From Aquifex aeolicus VF5 (GTDB lineage: Bacteria; Aquificota; Aquificia; Aquificales; Aquificaceae): DNA of 32,000 nucleotides. A program made the translations under genes and the position numbers. This document shows positions 20,606 through 31,998 of the stretch, in pieces. The DNA lies in the NCBI RefSeq assembly GCF_000008625.1, contig NC_000918.1, positions 30,001-62,000 on the forward strand, written 5' to 3'. The first letter of the stretch is position 1. Each line of letters opens with the position of its first letter. The notes beneath the pieces were generated by a model that was not told the origin of the DNA, did not search any database, and worked only from the letters and a program-made list of their open reading frames with translations.

Positions 20606-21801
20606 TGTCTTTAAGGTATTTGAGATTTCTGACAGCCGGAGAGTCCCACGGTAAGGGTTTGACCGCAATACTGGAGGGTATACCCGCAAACTTACCCCTT
20701 TCCGAAGAGGAAATAAACCACGAACTCAGGAGAAGGCAAAGGGGATACGGGCGCGGCGGTCGTATGAAGATAGAAAAGGACACCGCGGAAATACTCTCGG
20801 GTGTCAGGTTCGGAAAAACCCTCGGCTCTCCCATAGCCCTCTTTATAAGGAACAGGGACTGGGAAAACTGGAAGGAAAAGATGGCGATAGAGGGGGAACC
20901 CTCCCCTTCCGTTGTTCCCTTCACGAGACCCCGCCCGGGGCACGCTGACCTCTCCGGAGGGATTAAGTACAACCAGAGGGATTTGAGGAACATTTTAGAG
21001 AGGGCTTCTGCAAGAGAGACAGCTGCAAGAGTTGCGGTAGGAGCTGTTTGTAAAAAGTTCCTCTCTGAATTTGGTATAAAGATCGGGAGTTTCGTTGTAA
21101 GCATAGGCCAAAAGGAAGTGGAGGAGTTAAAAGACAAAAGCTACTTTGCCAATCCTGAAAAACTCCTTTCTTACCACGAGAAAGCGGAAGATTCGGAACT
21201 CAGGATTCCCTTCCCGGAGAAGGACGAGGAGTTTAAAACCTACATAGACGAGGTGAAGGAAAAGGGAGAGAGTTTAGGAGGAGTTTTCGAAGTTTTTGCC
21301 CTGAACGTCCCTCCGGGACTCGGTTCTCACATCCAGTGGGACAGAAGGATTGACGGAAGGATAGCTCAGGCGATGATGAGCATTCAGGCCATTAAAGGCG
21401 TTGAGATAGGACTTGGTTTTGAAGCCGCGAGGAGGTTCGGCTCTCAGGTTCACGACGAGATAGGCTGGAGTGAAGGGAAGGGCTACTTCAGGCATTCTAA
21501 CAACCTCGGAGGAACGGAAGGAGGGATCACAAACGGCATGCCGATAGTTGTGAGAGTCGCGATGAAACCCATACCGACTTTAAAGAACCCTTTAAGGAGT
21601 GTTGATATAGAAACAAAGGAAGAGATGAAAGCAGGAAAGGAGAGGACGGATATAGTAGCAGTTCCCGCGGCATCTGTCGTGGGAGAAGCTATGCTCGCCA
21701 TAGTTCTCGCGGATGCACTCCTTGAAAAACTCGGCGGAGACTTTATGGAAGAAGTAAAAAAGAGGTTTGAGGATTACGTGAACCACGTTAAGAGTTTCTA
21801 A
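20605..21801 (+). CDS. aroC: Chorismate synthase
   Basis: LTAGESHGKGLTAILEGIPANLPL, RRRQRGYGRGGRMKIEKD, GGITNGMPIVVRVAMKPIPT. Confidence 0.98.
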   Translation: MSLRYLRFLTAGESHGKGLTAILEGIPANLPLSEEEINHELRRRQRGYGRGGRMKIEKDTAEILSGVRFGKTLGSPIALFIRNRDWENWKEKMAIEGEPSPSVVPFTRPRPGHADLSGGIKYNQRDLRNILERASARETAARVAVGAVCKKFLSEFGIKIGSFVVSIGQKEVEELKDKSYFANPEKLLSYHEKAEDSELRIPFPEKDEEFKTYIDEVKEKGESLGGVFEVFALNVPPGLGSHIQWDRRIDGRIAQAMMSIQAIKGVEIGLGFEAARRFGSQVHDEIGWSEGKGYFRHSNNLGGTEGGITNGMPIVVRVAMKPIPTLKNPLRSVDIETKEEMKAGKERTDIVAVPAASVVGEAMLAIVLADALLEKLGGDFMEEVKKRFEDYVNHVKSF

Positions 21802-21802
21802 G

Positions 21803-22405
21803 ATGAAGATACTCTCGATAGACACATCTTTTTCCTTTATAAACTTCAGCGTAATAGAAGAGGAAAAAGTAACTTTTTTACATTATTTAAAGAGTAATAA
21901 AAAAACCCTGGAACTTTTGCCGAAAATCTTTGAAGAACTGTGTATAAGACCTGAAAACTTTGACGCTTTTGCAGTTTCAGTAGGAGTGGGTTACTTAACC
22001 TCCCTGAGGATAGGCGTAACTTTTGTAAAAACCTGGGCCTATACCTTAGGAAAACCCGTAGTTTCCTACAAAAATTTAGAACTTCTTGCTAAAAAAACTC
22101 CCGTTCCTTTTCCCAAAATCCCATACCTTAAGGTGGGAAGTAACGTCTTTTATCAGATTTTTGAGGAAAGTTCTTCAAGCGAGGTTAAGGTTTTCAAAGG
22201 AGAAGAGTTAAGAGGCTACGGTATAAGCTTAAAAGAATTTGAAGATATAAAACTGGGAGAAAAGCAGTTCTTTCACGATATCTTCCCTTTTTCAGCATAC
22301 GGAGGAATTTACGCTTATGAATTTTTAAAAGAAAATCCCGAAGGTGAAAACGTTTTTGAAATAGAGCCTATATACGTAAAGCCACCCTATCACGTCAAAG
22401 ATTGA
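21803..22405 (+). CDS. tsaB: TsaB-like protein (tRNA threonylcarbamoyladenosine biosynthesis)
   Basis: MKILSIDTSFSFINFSVIEE, AVSVGVGYLTSLRIGVTFVKTWAY, E..Y.K matching the TsaB-type ASKHA domain; divergent. Confidence 0.75.
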   Translation: MKILSIDTSFSFINFSVIEEEKVTFLHYLKSNKKTLELLPKIFEELCIRPENFDAFAVSVGVGYLTSLRIGVTFVKTWAYTLGKPVVSYKNLELLAKKTPVPFPKIPYLKVGSNVFYQIFEESSSSEVKVFKGEELRGYGISLKEFEDIKLGEKQFFHDIFPFSAYGGIYAYEFLKENPEGENVFEIEPIYVKPPYHVKD

Positions 22406-23406
22406 GAGATTATCTTTTCAATTTTCTCGTTCAATTCCTCTAAATTCGGGTTTTCAAGAGGTTTAGAAAATATAAATCCCTGCACAAAGTCCGTTCCCAT
22501 GTAAAGCACCGTTTTTAACTCCTCCAAGGTCTCAACACCTTCTGAAACGACTTTTATGTTGTTCTCGTGGGCGAGCCTTATGAGGTAATTCACTATAACT
22601 TTCTTCATACTGTGCTTGTGAATATCCCTTATCAACTCCATGTCTATCTTTATGATGTCGGGTCCTAGTTCCGAAAGGTAGAATAGCCCGGAATATCCCG
22701 AACCTACGTCGTCAAGTGCAATCTTCACCCCTTCGCTCTTCAGAAAGGAAATCAGACTCTTTACAGCACTTATTTCAAGCTCTTCGTACTCTGTTAATTC
22801 CACTACTACCTGCCTTGGACTTACGTCGTGCATGTAAAGGGTAGAGATAAAATCTCCAAAGACCTTCAAGGGTTCCCTCAAGAACCGCGGGTGGAAGTTC
22901 AAGAAAAGCCACATGTCTTCTTTTAGAAACTTTCTGGCATTTTTTAAAGCCATGTACCTGCAGAAGTTTTCGGAAAATTCGGAGGTGCTCTTCCCCATGT
23001 TTATCAGGTCAACGATCTTTATAGGCGGTCTGCAGAGTGCTTCAAAAGCTTTAACTCTTTTTTCTTTAACGTCAACGATAGGATGAAACAGGGTTTTAGT
23101 GTCTATAAATATGTTCCCGAGGCTGTGGTATATGACCTTGTCTATTAAGTTCGTAACGGGTTCTGCCTTGGAAATCGCCTTCACTATATTTTCGCAATCG
23201 TTACCAACTTCCCCCTGATAAACTTTTAGGTCCTTTAATGTGTTTTCGTCCATTTCAGAAAGGAGGTAGAGAATTTCCTCGTCTTTTAAACCTGCGGTTA
23301 TTACGGCTGTGCCTGTGCGTCTTGTTTTTGCACCTGTGCTATGTAGACTTTCCTCAAACTCCCTTGCCTTCTCTTCATCTTTGAAAAGAAAAAGTATTTC
23401 TTCCAT
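22390..23406 (-). CDS. EAL-domain protein (putative cyclic-di-GMP phosphodiesterase)
   Basis: VKAFEALCRPP (degenerate EAL), NFHPRFL, VVELTEYEE, KIALDDVGSGYSGLFYLSELGPDIIKIDMELI, KVVSEGVETLEEL, YMGTDFVQGFIFSKPL. Confidence 0.88.
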   Translation of the reverse strand: MEEILFLFKDEEKAREFEESLHSTGAKTRRTGTAVITAGLKDEEILYLLSEMDENTLKDLKVYQGEVGNDCENIVKAISKAEPVTNLIDKVIYHSLGNIFIDTKTLFHPIVDVKEKRVKAFEALCRPPIKIVDLINMGKSTSEFSENFCRYMALKNARKFLKEDMWLFLNFHPRFLREPLKVFGDFISTLYMHDVSPRQVVVELTEYEELEISAVKSLISFLKSEGVKIALDDVGSGYSGLFYLSELGPDIIKIDMELIRDIHKHSMKKVIVNYLIRLAHENNIKVVSEGVETLEELKTVLYMGTDFVQGFIFSKPLENPNLEELNEKIEKIISQSLT

Positions 23407-23422
23407 GTTATCCTTTCCAGAA

Positions 23423-25133
<1,711 letters not shown>

Positions 25134-25134
25134 C

Positions 25135-25163
25135 GTTGCAACAGTGTTGCAACACTGCAACAC
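25135..25163. promoter_or_regulatory. Palindromic upstream activator/operator-like site
   Basis: GTTGCAACAGTGTTGCAACACTGCAACAC contains the perfect 16-bp palindrome CAGTGTTGCAACACTG (25142-25157) and two exact GTTGCAAC copies 11 bp apart. Confidence 0.6.
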
Positions 25164-25202
25164 CTTCCTGAAACGCCCTTGTTGAAAATCAAAGGGAAAA
25201 GT

Positions 25203-25219
25203 TTGGCACGGAGTTTGCA
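25203..25219 (+). promoter_or_regulatory. Sigma-54 (RpoN) -24/-12 promoter
   Basis: TTGGCACGGAGTTTGCA matches the consensus YTGGCACGRNNNTTGCW at every position, with GG-N10-GC spacing. Confidence 0.92.
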
Positions 25220-25255
25220 ATTAAAAAATGTGAAAACCAAAAGGAGGTGTGAAGC

Positions 25256-25597
25256 ATGGCAACACTTAGCAAGTTAAAGGAACTTATGTCAATACCCGGT
25301 GCAGTTGCCGCGGGTGAGTTTAGCGACGATGGAAGGCTTCTAGCCTACTACGGCGACATAGACGAGAAGTCCGCGGAGATAGCCGCCATGATGTGTGCAG
25401 CTAACAAGATGATGGGTAACATGCAGGCAAAGGGCTGGAGTGCTTACACGGGCAAGGACGGCTTTTACCCGGTTATAGGTTTTGCGGTTGCGGGAGGCAA
25501 GTACGCAGCCTGCATAATGGGAAACGTAGGTGTTTTCGTAGAGCTTGATAAAGCTGACTTTGACAAAATTTTTGAAACCCTTTCCAAGTTCATTTAA
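25256..25597 (+). CDS. DUF2173-like protein (copy 1)
   Basis: 113 aa; IPGAVAAGEFSDDGRLLAYYGDI......AAMMCAANKMMGNMQAKG....GNVGVFVE; SD AAGGAGGTG upstream. Confidence 0.8.
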   Translation: MATLSKLKELMSIPGAVAAGEFSDDGRLLAYYGDIDEKSAEIAAMMCAANKMMGNMQAKGWSAYTGKDGFYPVIGFAVAGGKYAACIMGNVGVFVELDKADFDKIFETLSKFI

Positions 25598-25611
25598 AAG
25601 GAGGTGGAGCG

Positions 25612-25947
25612 ATGGCAAACTTAGACAAACTTTTACAAATTAAGGGAGTTTTCGCAGCAGGCGAGTTCTCAGATGACGGAAAGCTCGTGGCTTACAAGGG
25701 TGATATAACCGAAGAAGAAGCCGCTATGGCTGCGGAAATGTGTGCAGCAAACAACGCCATGGCCAAGATGCAGGCTGATGGCTACACAGCCTTTTCCGGA
25801 AAAGAGTGGACTCCCCTTGTAGGATGGGCACTCACGGGACCAAAGTACTCGGTTTGCGTTGTTGGAAACGTAGGAGTCTTTGTAAAGAACGATGAAGTTT
25901 CCTTTAACGAAGTATTCAAAGCTTTGAGGGAGGAGGCGGGCAAGTAA
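25612..25947 (+). CDS. DUF2173-like protein (copy 2)
   Basis: 111 aa paralog of the preceding protein: GVFAAGEFSDDGKLVAYKGDITEEEAAMAAEMCAANNAMAKMQADGYTAFSGKEWTPLVGWAL...GNVGVFV. Confidence 0.8.
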   Translation: MANLDKLLQIKGVFAAGEFSDDGKLVAYKGDITEEEAAMAAEMCAANNAMAKMQADGYTAFSGKEWTPLVGWALTGPKYSVCVVGNVGVFVKNDEVSFNEVFKALREEAGK

Positions 25948-25986
25948 TCTCTTTTCCTTTCTCTTTACCACTTTTTGGAGGATAGA

Positions 25987-26379
25987 ATGGCTTACAAGTT
26001 TCTTTCAGAAGACTGGATAAAGGCGTACGCAGAGGAGTGGAACAAAAACGAAAAGTTAATGAACGACCTCAAAAACTTCTCGGCGAGTATAAAGTACTAC
26101 GTGGAAGGTAAAGAAAATGACGCAGTGGAGCTGATAATTGAAAAGGGAAAGGCTGTTTCCGCAGGAAAGGCTGACCCTAATAAAAGGTACGACTTTGAAC
26201 TCTGGGCAAGTCTTGAGAACTGGAAAAAGCTCGCAACGGGGGAGATGGGCCCCAGAGCCGCGATGCTCACAAAGAGGTTAAAGTTTAAGGGTTCTATGAT
26301 TACAGCTATGAAGTACATGGGAGCCTTTGAAGAGAGCTTAAAGATGATGGGCAGAGTTCCGACGGTCTGGGATGTTTAA
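25987..26379 (+). CDS. SCP2 sterol-binding-like domain protein
   Basis: MAYKFLSEDWIKAYAEEWNKNEKL...; KGKAVSAGKADPNKRYDFELWASLENWKKLATGEMGPRAAMLTKRLKFKGSM..A.KYMGAFEESLKMMGRVPT. Start at 25987 has an SD (GGAGGATAGAATG); the track start at 25975 does not. Confidence 0.7.
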   Translation: MAYKFLSEDWIKAYAEEWNKNEKLMNDLKNFSASIKYYVEGKENDAVELIIEKGKAVSAGKADPNKRYDFELWASLENWKKLATGEMGPRAAMLTKRLKFKGSMITAMKYMGAFEESLKMMGRVPTVWDV

Positions 26380-27964
26380 ATTTATAAACAAGGTGGATTT
26401 TAAAACATTTGACGAAATTTTTGACGGTGTTCTCGTAATAGATAAAAACAGGAGGATAGTTTTTGCTAACAAAAAGGCAAAAGAAATACTGGGGGAGGTA
26501 AAGGAGGGAGAGTCCTGCAGGGGGCTTTTTTCCATTTGTGAACACTGCCCTATGGAACTTGTTGAGGACTCAGAGCAAGGAGTTCAGGTTTACGACGTCC
26601 TGACGAAAAGGAAAAATCACGTGTGCCTCAGTATGAGTCCCCTCTTTGAGGGAGGGGAATTTACAGGAGTCCTTGAAGTTTTCAGGGATGTGAGCAAGGT
26701 AATCCACTACATGGAAGAGGTTAAAAGACAAAAGGAGTTTGTAGAAGTCGTACTTGACTCTATCGTGGAGGCTGTTCTCGTTCTGGACGAAAAAGGGAAC
26801 GTTATAAACCACAACGGGAACGCAAGCAAAGTTCTTTGTTCCAGGTTTGAAAGCATCACAGGAAAAAATCTGAAGGAAATAACTTCTCTGAGTCTGGAAG
26901 ACCTCCCGCCGGAAGGAGAAAGGGCGGACATTTACATAGAAACTCCCTGCGGTAGGCAAAAAGCCTCCGTTCTCCTCTCAAAACTGAAGCAGGGAAAGGG
27001 CTGGGTTCTTTCTCTATACATAGTTCCCGAGATATTCGCAGGTGAGGGAAACAAGTTAAAAATCGTTACAAAGAGTCCAAAGTTTCTGAAGGTTCTGGAA
27101 AAGGTAAAAACGATTTCCGAGATGAATGTAAACGTTTTGATCACTGGAGAGACGGGAACGGGAAAGAGCCTGCTCGCCAGATATATACACTACCTCTCTC
27201 CCAGGAGGGACAAGCCCTTCGTGAAGATAAACTGCGGTGCTATTCCTGAAAACTTACTTGAGGCGTAGCTCTTTGGCTACAACAAGGGAGCTTTTACAGG
27301 AGCAATTGCGAGTAAACCCGGAAAGGTAGAAATGGCAAACGGCGGAACACTTTTTCTGGATGAGATAGGAGAACTTCCGCTACACCTTCAGGTAAAGCTC
27401 CTCGGATTGATTCAGGACAAGGAGTTTGAAAGGATAGGAGATCTAAAACCGAGAAAGGCGGACGTTAGGATTATCGCGGCTACTAATAAAAACCTCAAAA
27501 AACTGGTAGAAGAAGGGAAATTCAGGGAGGACCTTTATTACAGGTTGAACGTCGTGAACGTGGAATTACCACCACTCAGGGAGAGGAAGGAGGATATACC
27601 TCACCTTGTGAGTTACTTCCTCGAGAAATTTTCAAAGATCCACGGGAAGAAGGTTAAGGGAGTATCTCCCGAAGCCATGAAACTGCTCTTAGAGTACGAT
27701 TATCCGGGAAACGTGAGGGAACTTGAAAACGCAATTGAACACGCTGTTGTGGTCTCAAGCACGAGTTTAATAGGACCCGACGACCTGCCTGAAGAGATAA
27801 GAATCGGAAGCAAAGTTAAGAAGAAGTTCAGGGAGAACGAGGAACTGGAGAAGATAAAAGAAGCCTTGGAAAGGGCTGGGGGAAACAAAAGCCTTGCGGC
27901 AAAGCTCTTGGGTATCCACAGGACCACTCTGTGGAGGAAGTTAAAGGAATACGGGCTTGCTTAG
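26372..27964 (+). pseudogene. Sigma-54-dependent transcriptional activator (PAS - AAA+ - FIS-type HTH), split by an in-frame TAG at 27266-27268
   Basis: 26372..27268 and 27332..27964 are in the same frame. Walker [80 protein letters not shown]-terminal [24 protein letters not shown]. Confidence 0.93.
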
Positions 27965-30366
27965 ACACTGCACGCCTCGCATTCCTCAATATCCATAGCC
28001 GAACGGCTCCTGAGGTAGTATATCGTCTTTAGTCCGAGTTCCCAGGCAAGTTCGTAGAGTCTGGAAAGCCTCGGCCCGTCTATGTTTTGAGGATCCACAA
28101 ATAGGTTCAGGCTCTGAGCCTGGTCTATCCACTTCTGCCTTACCGCCGCCGCCCTTATGGTCCACTCGTGGTCTATAGTGTAGGCGGTTTTGTAGTGCCA
28201 GTAGAACCTGTCTACCTCAGGAGGTACCTGAGGGAGTATCCCGGACATGTTCTCCTCTTTGTAGAACCTTGCGAATATCGGGTCTATTGAAGGAGTTGCC
28301 CCGAGTATCAGGGAAGTTGAACCAGTAGGCATAAGAGCGAGGAGGTACGCGTTCCTTATTCCATACTTCTTTATCTCCTCCGCGAGTTCCCTCCAAGGCA
28401 GGTTATTTCCGTTCTGTCTTGAGTTTTCCTCTATTTCCTCAACACTTCTTCCGAAGAGTATCCCCTTGCTCCAGTTTGAACCATCAAAGAGCTTGTACCT
28501 GCCCCTTTCCTTTGCAAGCTCCAGAGAACCTTTCAGTGCATAGAAGGCTATTAGTTCAAAGAGCTTGTCCGCAAACTTAAGGTGTTCTTCACTTTCCCAC
28601 TTTATCCCGTTCTTAACTAAACAGTAGTGGTAATTAGAAACTCCTATTCCTATGGCTCTGTAGCGCTTGTTAGTGTACTCAGCTTCGGGTATGGCGTAGA
28701 AGTTCATCTCTATTACGTTGTCAAGCATTCTCACAAGGAGTGGAAGAACTTCTTTTATCTCTTCTTCCGTATGAACTTTACCGAGGTTTACGGAACCGAG
28801 GTTGCAGACTGGAAGATCTCCCGCCTCCTTTTTGTAAGTTATCTCTCCGGTTTCTGGATCTAATACGGGCTTTTCGTGTTTAGAGGGAGACATTGTTTGT
28901 ACTATTTCATGGCATAAGTTACTACTGTAAACCATTCCCGTGTGTTTATTTGGATTCTTCCTGTTTGCCTCATCCCTGAAGAAGATGTAAGGTTCTCCCG
29001 TCTCAAAGGCTACCGTGAGAAGTCTCTTCCACAGTTCGAAGCTGTTTACCTTCTTCTTCGCATAAGAAGGTAGGTTTTCCTCAAGTTCAAGATACCACTT
29101 CTCAAATTCCTCTCCGTAGAAATCCTCAAGCCCTTTAGGTTCTAAGATATCCTGAGTTCCGTCTTCCTTTATGCCTACGTAGTAGTGACTTCCGGGAAGG
29201 GGTTTTACTTCCTTGTACTTTCCGTCGTAAATCTTTCTCGTTATGTACTGCCTTGCCCAATATGGGTCTATCAAGGTCCAGTCTTCCCTGTTTTTGAGTC
29301 TTTTCATAAAGAGGTCAGGGATTGATACTGCGGGGTGTATGTCGTGGGCTTTCTTTCTCTCGTCTCCAACGTTTGTCTTTACTTCCAGAAAGTCAAGTAT
29401 GTCCTTGTGCCAGATGTCCAGAGTGATGGAAGCGGAACCCTTCCTCATTCCGAGTTGGTCCACGTAGGTCATCGTGTCGTTTATGAGCTTTACTACGGGG
29501 ATTACTCCCGAAGAAGCTCCCTTGAACTTCCTTATGGGTGCTCCCGTTGCCCTTATCTTTCCGAGGTATACCCCGAGTCCCCCCGCAAACTTGGATATCA
29601 TTCCCGCTTTCTTTACGTTGTCAAATATGTCAAAGAGGTCATCGTCCACTGTAAGCACGAAGCAGGAGGAAAGTTGTGTGAAGGGTCTTCTCGCGTTCAT
29701 TAGGGTAGGCGTTGCAACGGTTACTTTGTGCTCAGAAAGGACGTCGTAAAATTTTTTCGCCCACTTTAGTCTTTCTTCCGGTTTTTCAGGAACTGCAAGT
29801 GTCATGGCAATGAGCATGTACATTTCTTGGGGAAGTTCTATTACTCTCCCCTCTTCGTCCCTTACCAGATATCTGTCGTAGAGTATCTTTATCCCTGTGT
29901 AGGTGAAGTAAAGGTCTCTTTCCGGCTTTATGTAGTTGGCGAGCTTATTGAAGTCCTCTTCGGAATAATTCTCAAGGAGGTACTCCCCGTATATTCCCTT
30001 CTCAACGTATTCTTTAACAAAACTGTAAAAGTTCTTTCTGTTATAGGGCTTGTACTTCCCGAGGTCGTCCCTAAGAGAATAACCTCTCAGGTGTGCAACG
30101 TCCTTGTAGAGATCGTAGAGAAGAAGTCTCGCCGCGGTGTACGTCCAGTCCGGCCTTTCGGCGGAAACTTTCTCCGCTGCAGTCTTTATTAAAAGCTGTT
30201 GTATTTCTTTCGTAGTTATGCCGTCCCTGAACTGTATCTGGGCATCAGCTTCGAGTTCTAAGGGGTCAACGTTCAGCCCCTCGCACGCAAACTTAATGGC
30301 TATCCTTATCTTGTTGATATCTAATTTTTCTTTCCTCCCGCTTCTCTTGATTACATACATTGTCAT
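27961..30366 (-). CDS. nrdA: Ribonucleoside-diphosphate reductase, alpha (large) subunit
   Basis: 801 aa; N-terminal ATP-cone-like segment, [62 protein letters not shown]-terminal CEECEACSV-type cysteines. Confidence 0.96.
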
Positions 30367-30451
30367 GATTTGAGAATTCTACCTCTCTTCAAGAAAATTT
30401 TTGATTGTCCGTGTCATAGCCGGGCGAAAATTATTCATAAGACAGCATTTT

Positions 30452-31675
30452 TCACTCTACACTCTTTCCAAAGAGCACTATAAAGATAAGTACTGGGATA
30501 AGCAAGGTAAATACGAGAAATTGAAGCCGATCCTTCTTTTCGAAGGAGACGAGCCATGCTATAATCGTCTGGAGGAGATAGTAAAAGGCGAAGGCCTTGG
30601 AGGCGTATGCGATAATCTCAAAGACGTTAGCGCTCCAAACTAGGGCAACTCCTACCAGTGTCGTGATTAAGTATCCGAATCGAGAGGAAACTCTGTGATT
30701 AGTTTCTTCGTATATTAGTCCCCCTGCGCCTATAGTGTCCGCAACTGCCGCACTAAATTGACTCATTAAGGGACCAAACCTGAGGAGGTATCCCAGAACG
30801 AGGGAAACTGCGGAAGCGAGGAATATAATTTCCGTTTCATCTAGCTTCTTAGGCGGATTGTGGACGAACACGGAAGTTATCAAAAACATAAAGGAAACGT
30901 AAATGAATCCCGAAATCCACTGGGCGAGTTTCATGCTCTTTACCCTCTCTTCTGGAGTGTACTCCTCGCCGAGGTATTTGGAAGTTTCAAATCCCTGAAC
31001 TATCAGGAGTATCCCTCCGAGCACCTCAAGGCTGTGAAGGTCAAAGGGTTTTACCTCTCCCGCAAAGGAAAAGTTTTTGTAGTTATAGTAAAGTAGAGCT
31101 GTAAGGAAAGAGAAGATAATTGAGAGCTTCAGTCCCACTGCATACTTTTCCATAAACTCCAGAAAGTGAAGTCTTCTTATGAAGCCCGAAATTCCGATGA
31201 ATAAAAGTAAACCCGTTGTGAGCAGTCTCTCGTAAACCTCGTTTCTTTCAAAAAATCCAGAAAAGACGAAAGAAGAGAGAAGTCTCAGGTAAAAGGCTAT
31301 GGAAATCATGTACGCGAAGGCAAGGGAAAGGTTTGAAAACCTCTCTACATCTAAGAGAAGGGCTTTTAGCTTGGAGCTTTCACTCCCGTAAAGAATGGGT
31401 TCAGCCTTTATGATGTTGTACCTTATCGCTCCTCCGATGAGGTAGGCTAGAATAACAATTCCTGCCATTCCCAGAATCGCATACTTTCCGAGAACGTAGT
31501 AAAGGAGAGGAGCGGAAACCAGATATCCGCTTCCTATAATTGAGGCAAGAGGCGTGACTGCAACTGTCCATAGTCTCTTTCTTTCCAGAAATGGACTCAG
31601 GAAAAACAGGAGGTATAGGATAAAAGAAGTAAAGACTATGTAGTCCGTAAGGGTTAAACGGTTAAGGATTTCCAT
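30452..31675 (-). CDS. Polytopic membrane protein, APC-superfamily-like transporter, hypothetical
   Basis: 407 aa with about 11-12 hydrophobic spans; IIGSGYLVSAPLLYYVLG near the N-terminus resembles the APC helix-1 G-S-G unwound segment. Confidence 0.55.
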   Translation of the reverse strand: MEILNRLTLTDYIVFTSFILYLLFFLSPFLERKRLWTVAVTPLASIIGSGYLVSAPLLYYVLGKYAILGMAGIVILAYLIGGAIRYNIIKAEPILYGSESSKLKALLLDVERFSNLSLAFAYMISIAFYLRLLSSFVFSGFFERNEVYERLLTTGLLLFIGISGFIRRLHFLEFMEKYAVGLKLSIIFSFLTALLYYNYKNFSFAGEVKPFDLHSLEVLGGILLIVQGFETSKYLGEEYTPEERVKSMKLAQWISGFIYVSFMFLITSVFVHNPPKKLDETEIIFLASAVSLVLGYLLRFGPLMSQFSAAVADTIGAGGLIYEETNHRVSSRFGYLITTLVGVALVWSANVFEIIAYASKAFAFYYLLQTIIAWLVSFEKKDRLQFLVFTLLIPVLIFIVLFGKSVE

Positions 31676-31695
31676 TCGTGTTAAATTATATTCTC

Positions 31696-31998
31696 ATGTA
31701 CTACGCTCTCCTTACACTATTCGTAATAATTGCAGTTGTACTCATTATCTCCACGCTCCTTCAAAAGGGAAGGGGAGACGTCGGTGCGGCTTTCGGCGGT
31801 GGTATGGGGCAGTCCATATTCGGCGTCGGCGGAGTTGAGACTATCCTCACAAAAGCCACTTACTGGCTTGGAGCACTCTTTTTAGTCCTTGCACTCCTTC
31901 TTTCGGTCATTCCAAAGGAAAAGGGTTCTGTAGTTGAGAAAAGTGTTCAAACTGAACAAAGTGAAGGTAAAGGAACTACTCAAGAAAGTGGAAAGTGA
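31696..31998 (+). CDS. secG: Preprotein translocase subunit SecG
   Basis: LQKGRGDVGAAFGGGMGQSIFGVGGVETILTKATYWLGALFLVLALLLSVI. ATG at 31696 preferred over the upstream GTG at 31678. Confidence 0.9.
   Translation: MYYALLTLFVIIAVVLIISTLLQKGRGDVGAAFGGGMGQSIFGVGGVETILTKATYWLGALFLVLALLLSVIPKEKGSVVEKSVQTEQSEGKGTTQESGK

Noticed and set aside
20556-21137. 193-aa minus-strand ORF
   Set aside because: Antisense to aroC, Ser/Pro-rich shadow frame with no motif.
29335-29749. Antisense ORFs within nrdA on the plus strand
   Set aside because: Lie entirely opposite a strongly conserved nrdA coding region; composition fits shadow ORFs.
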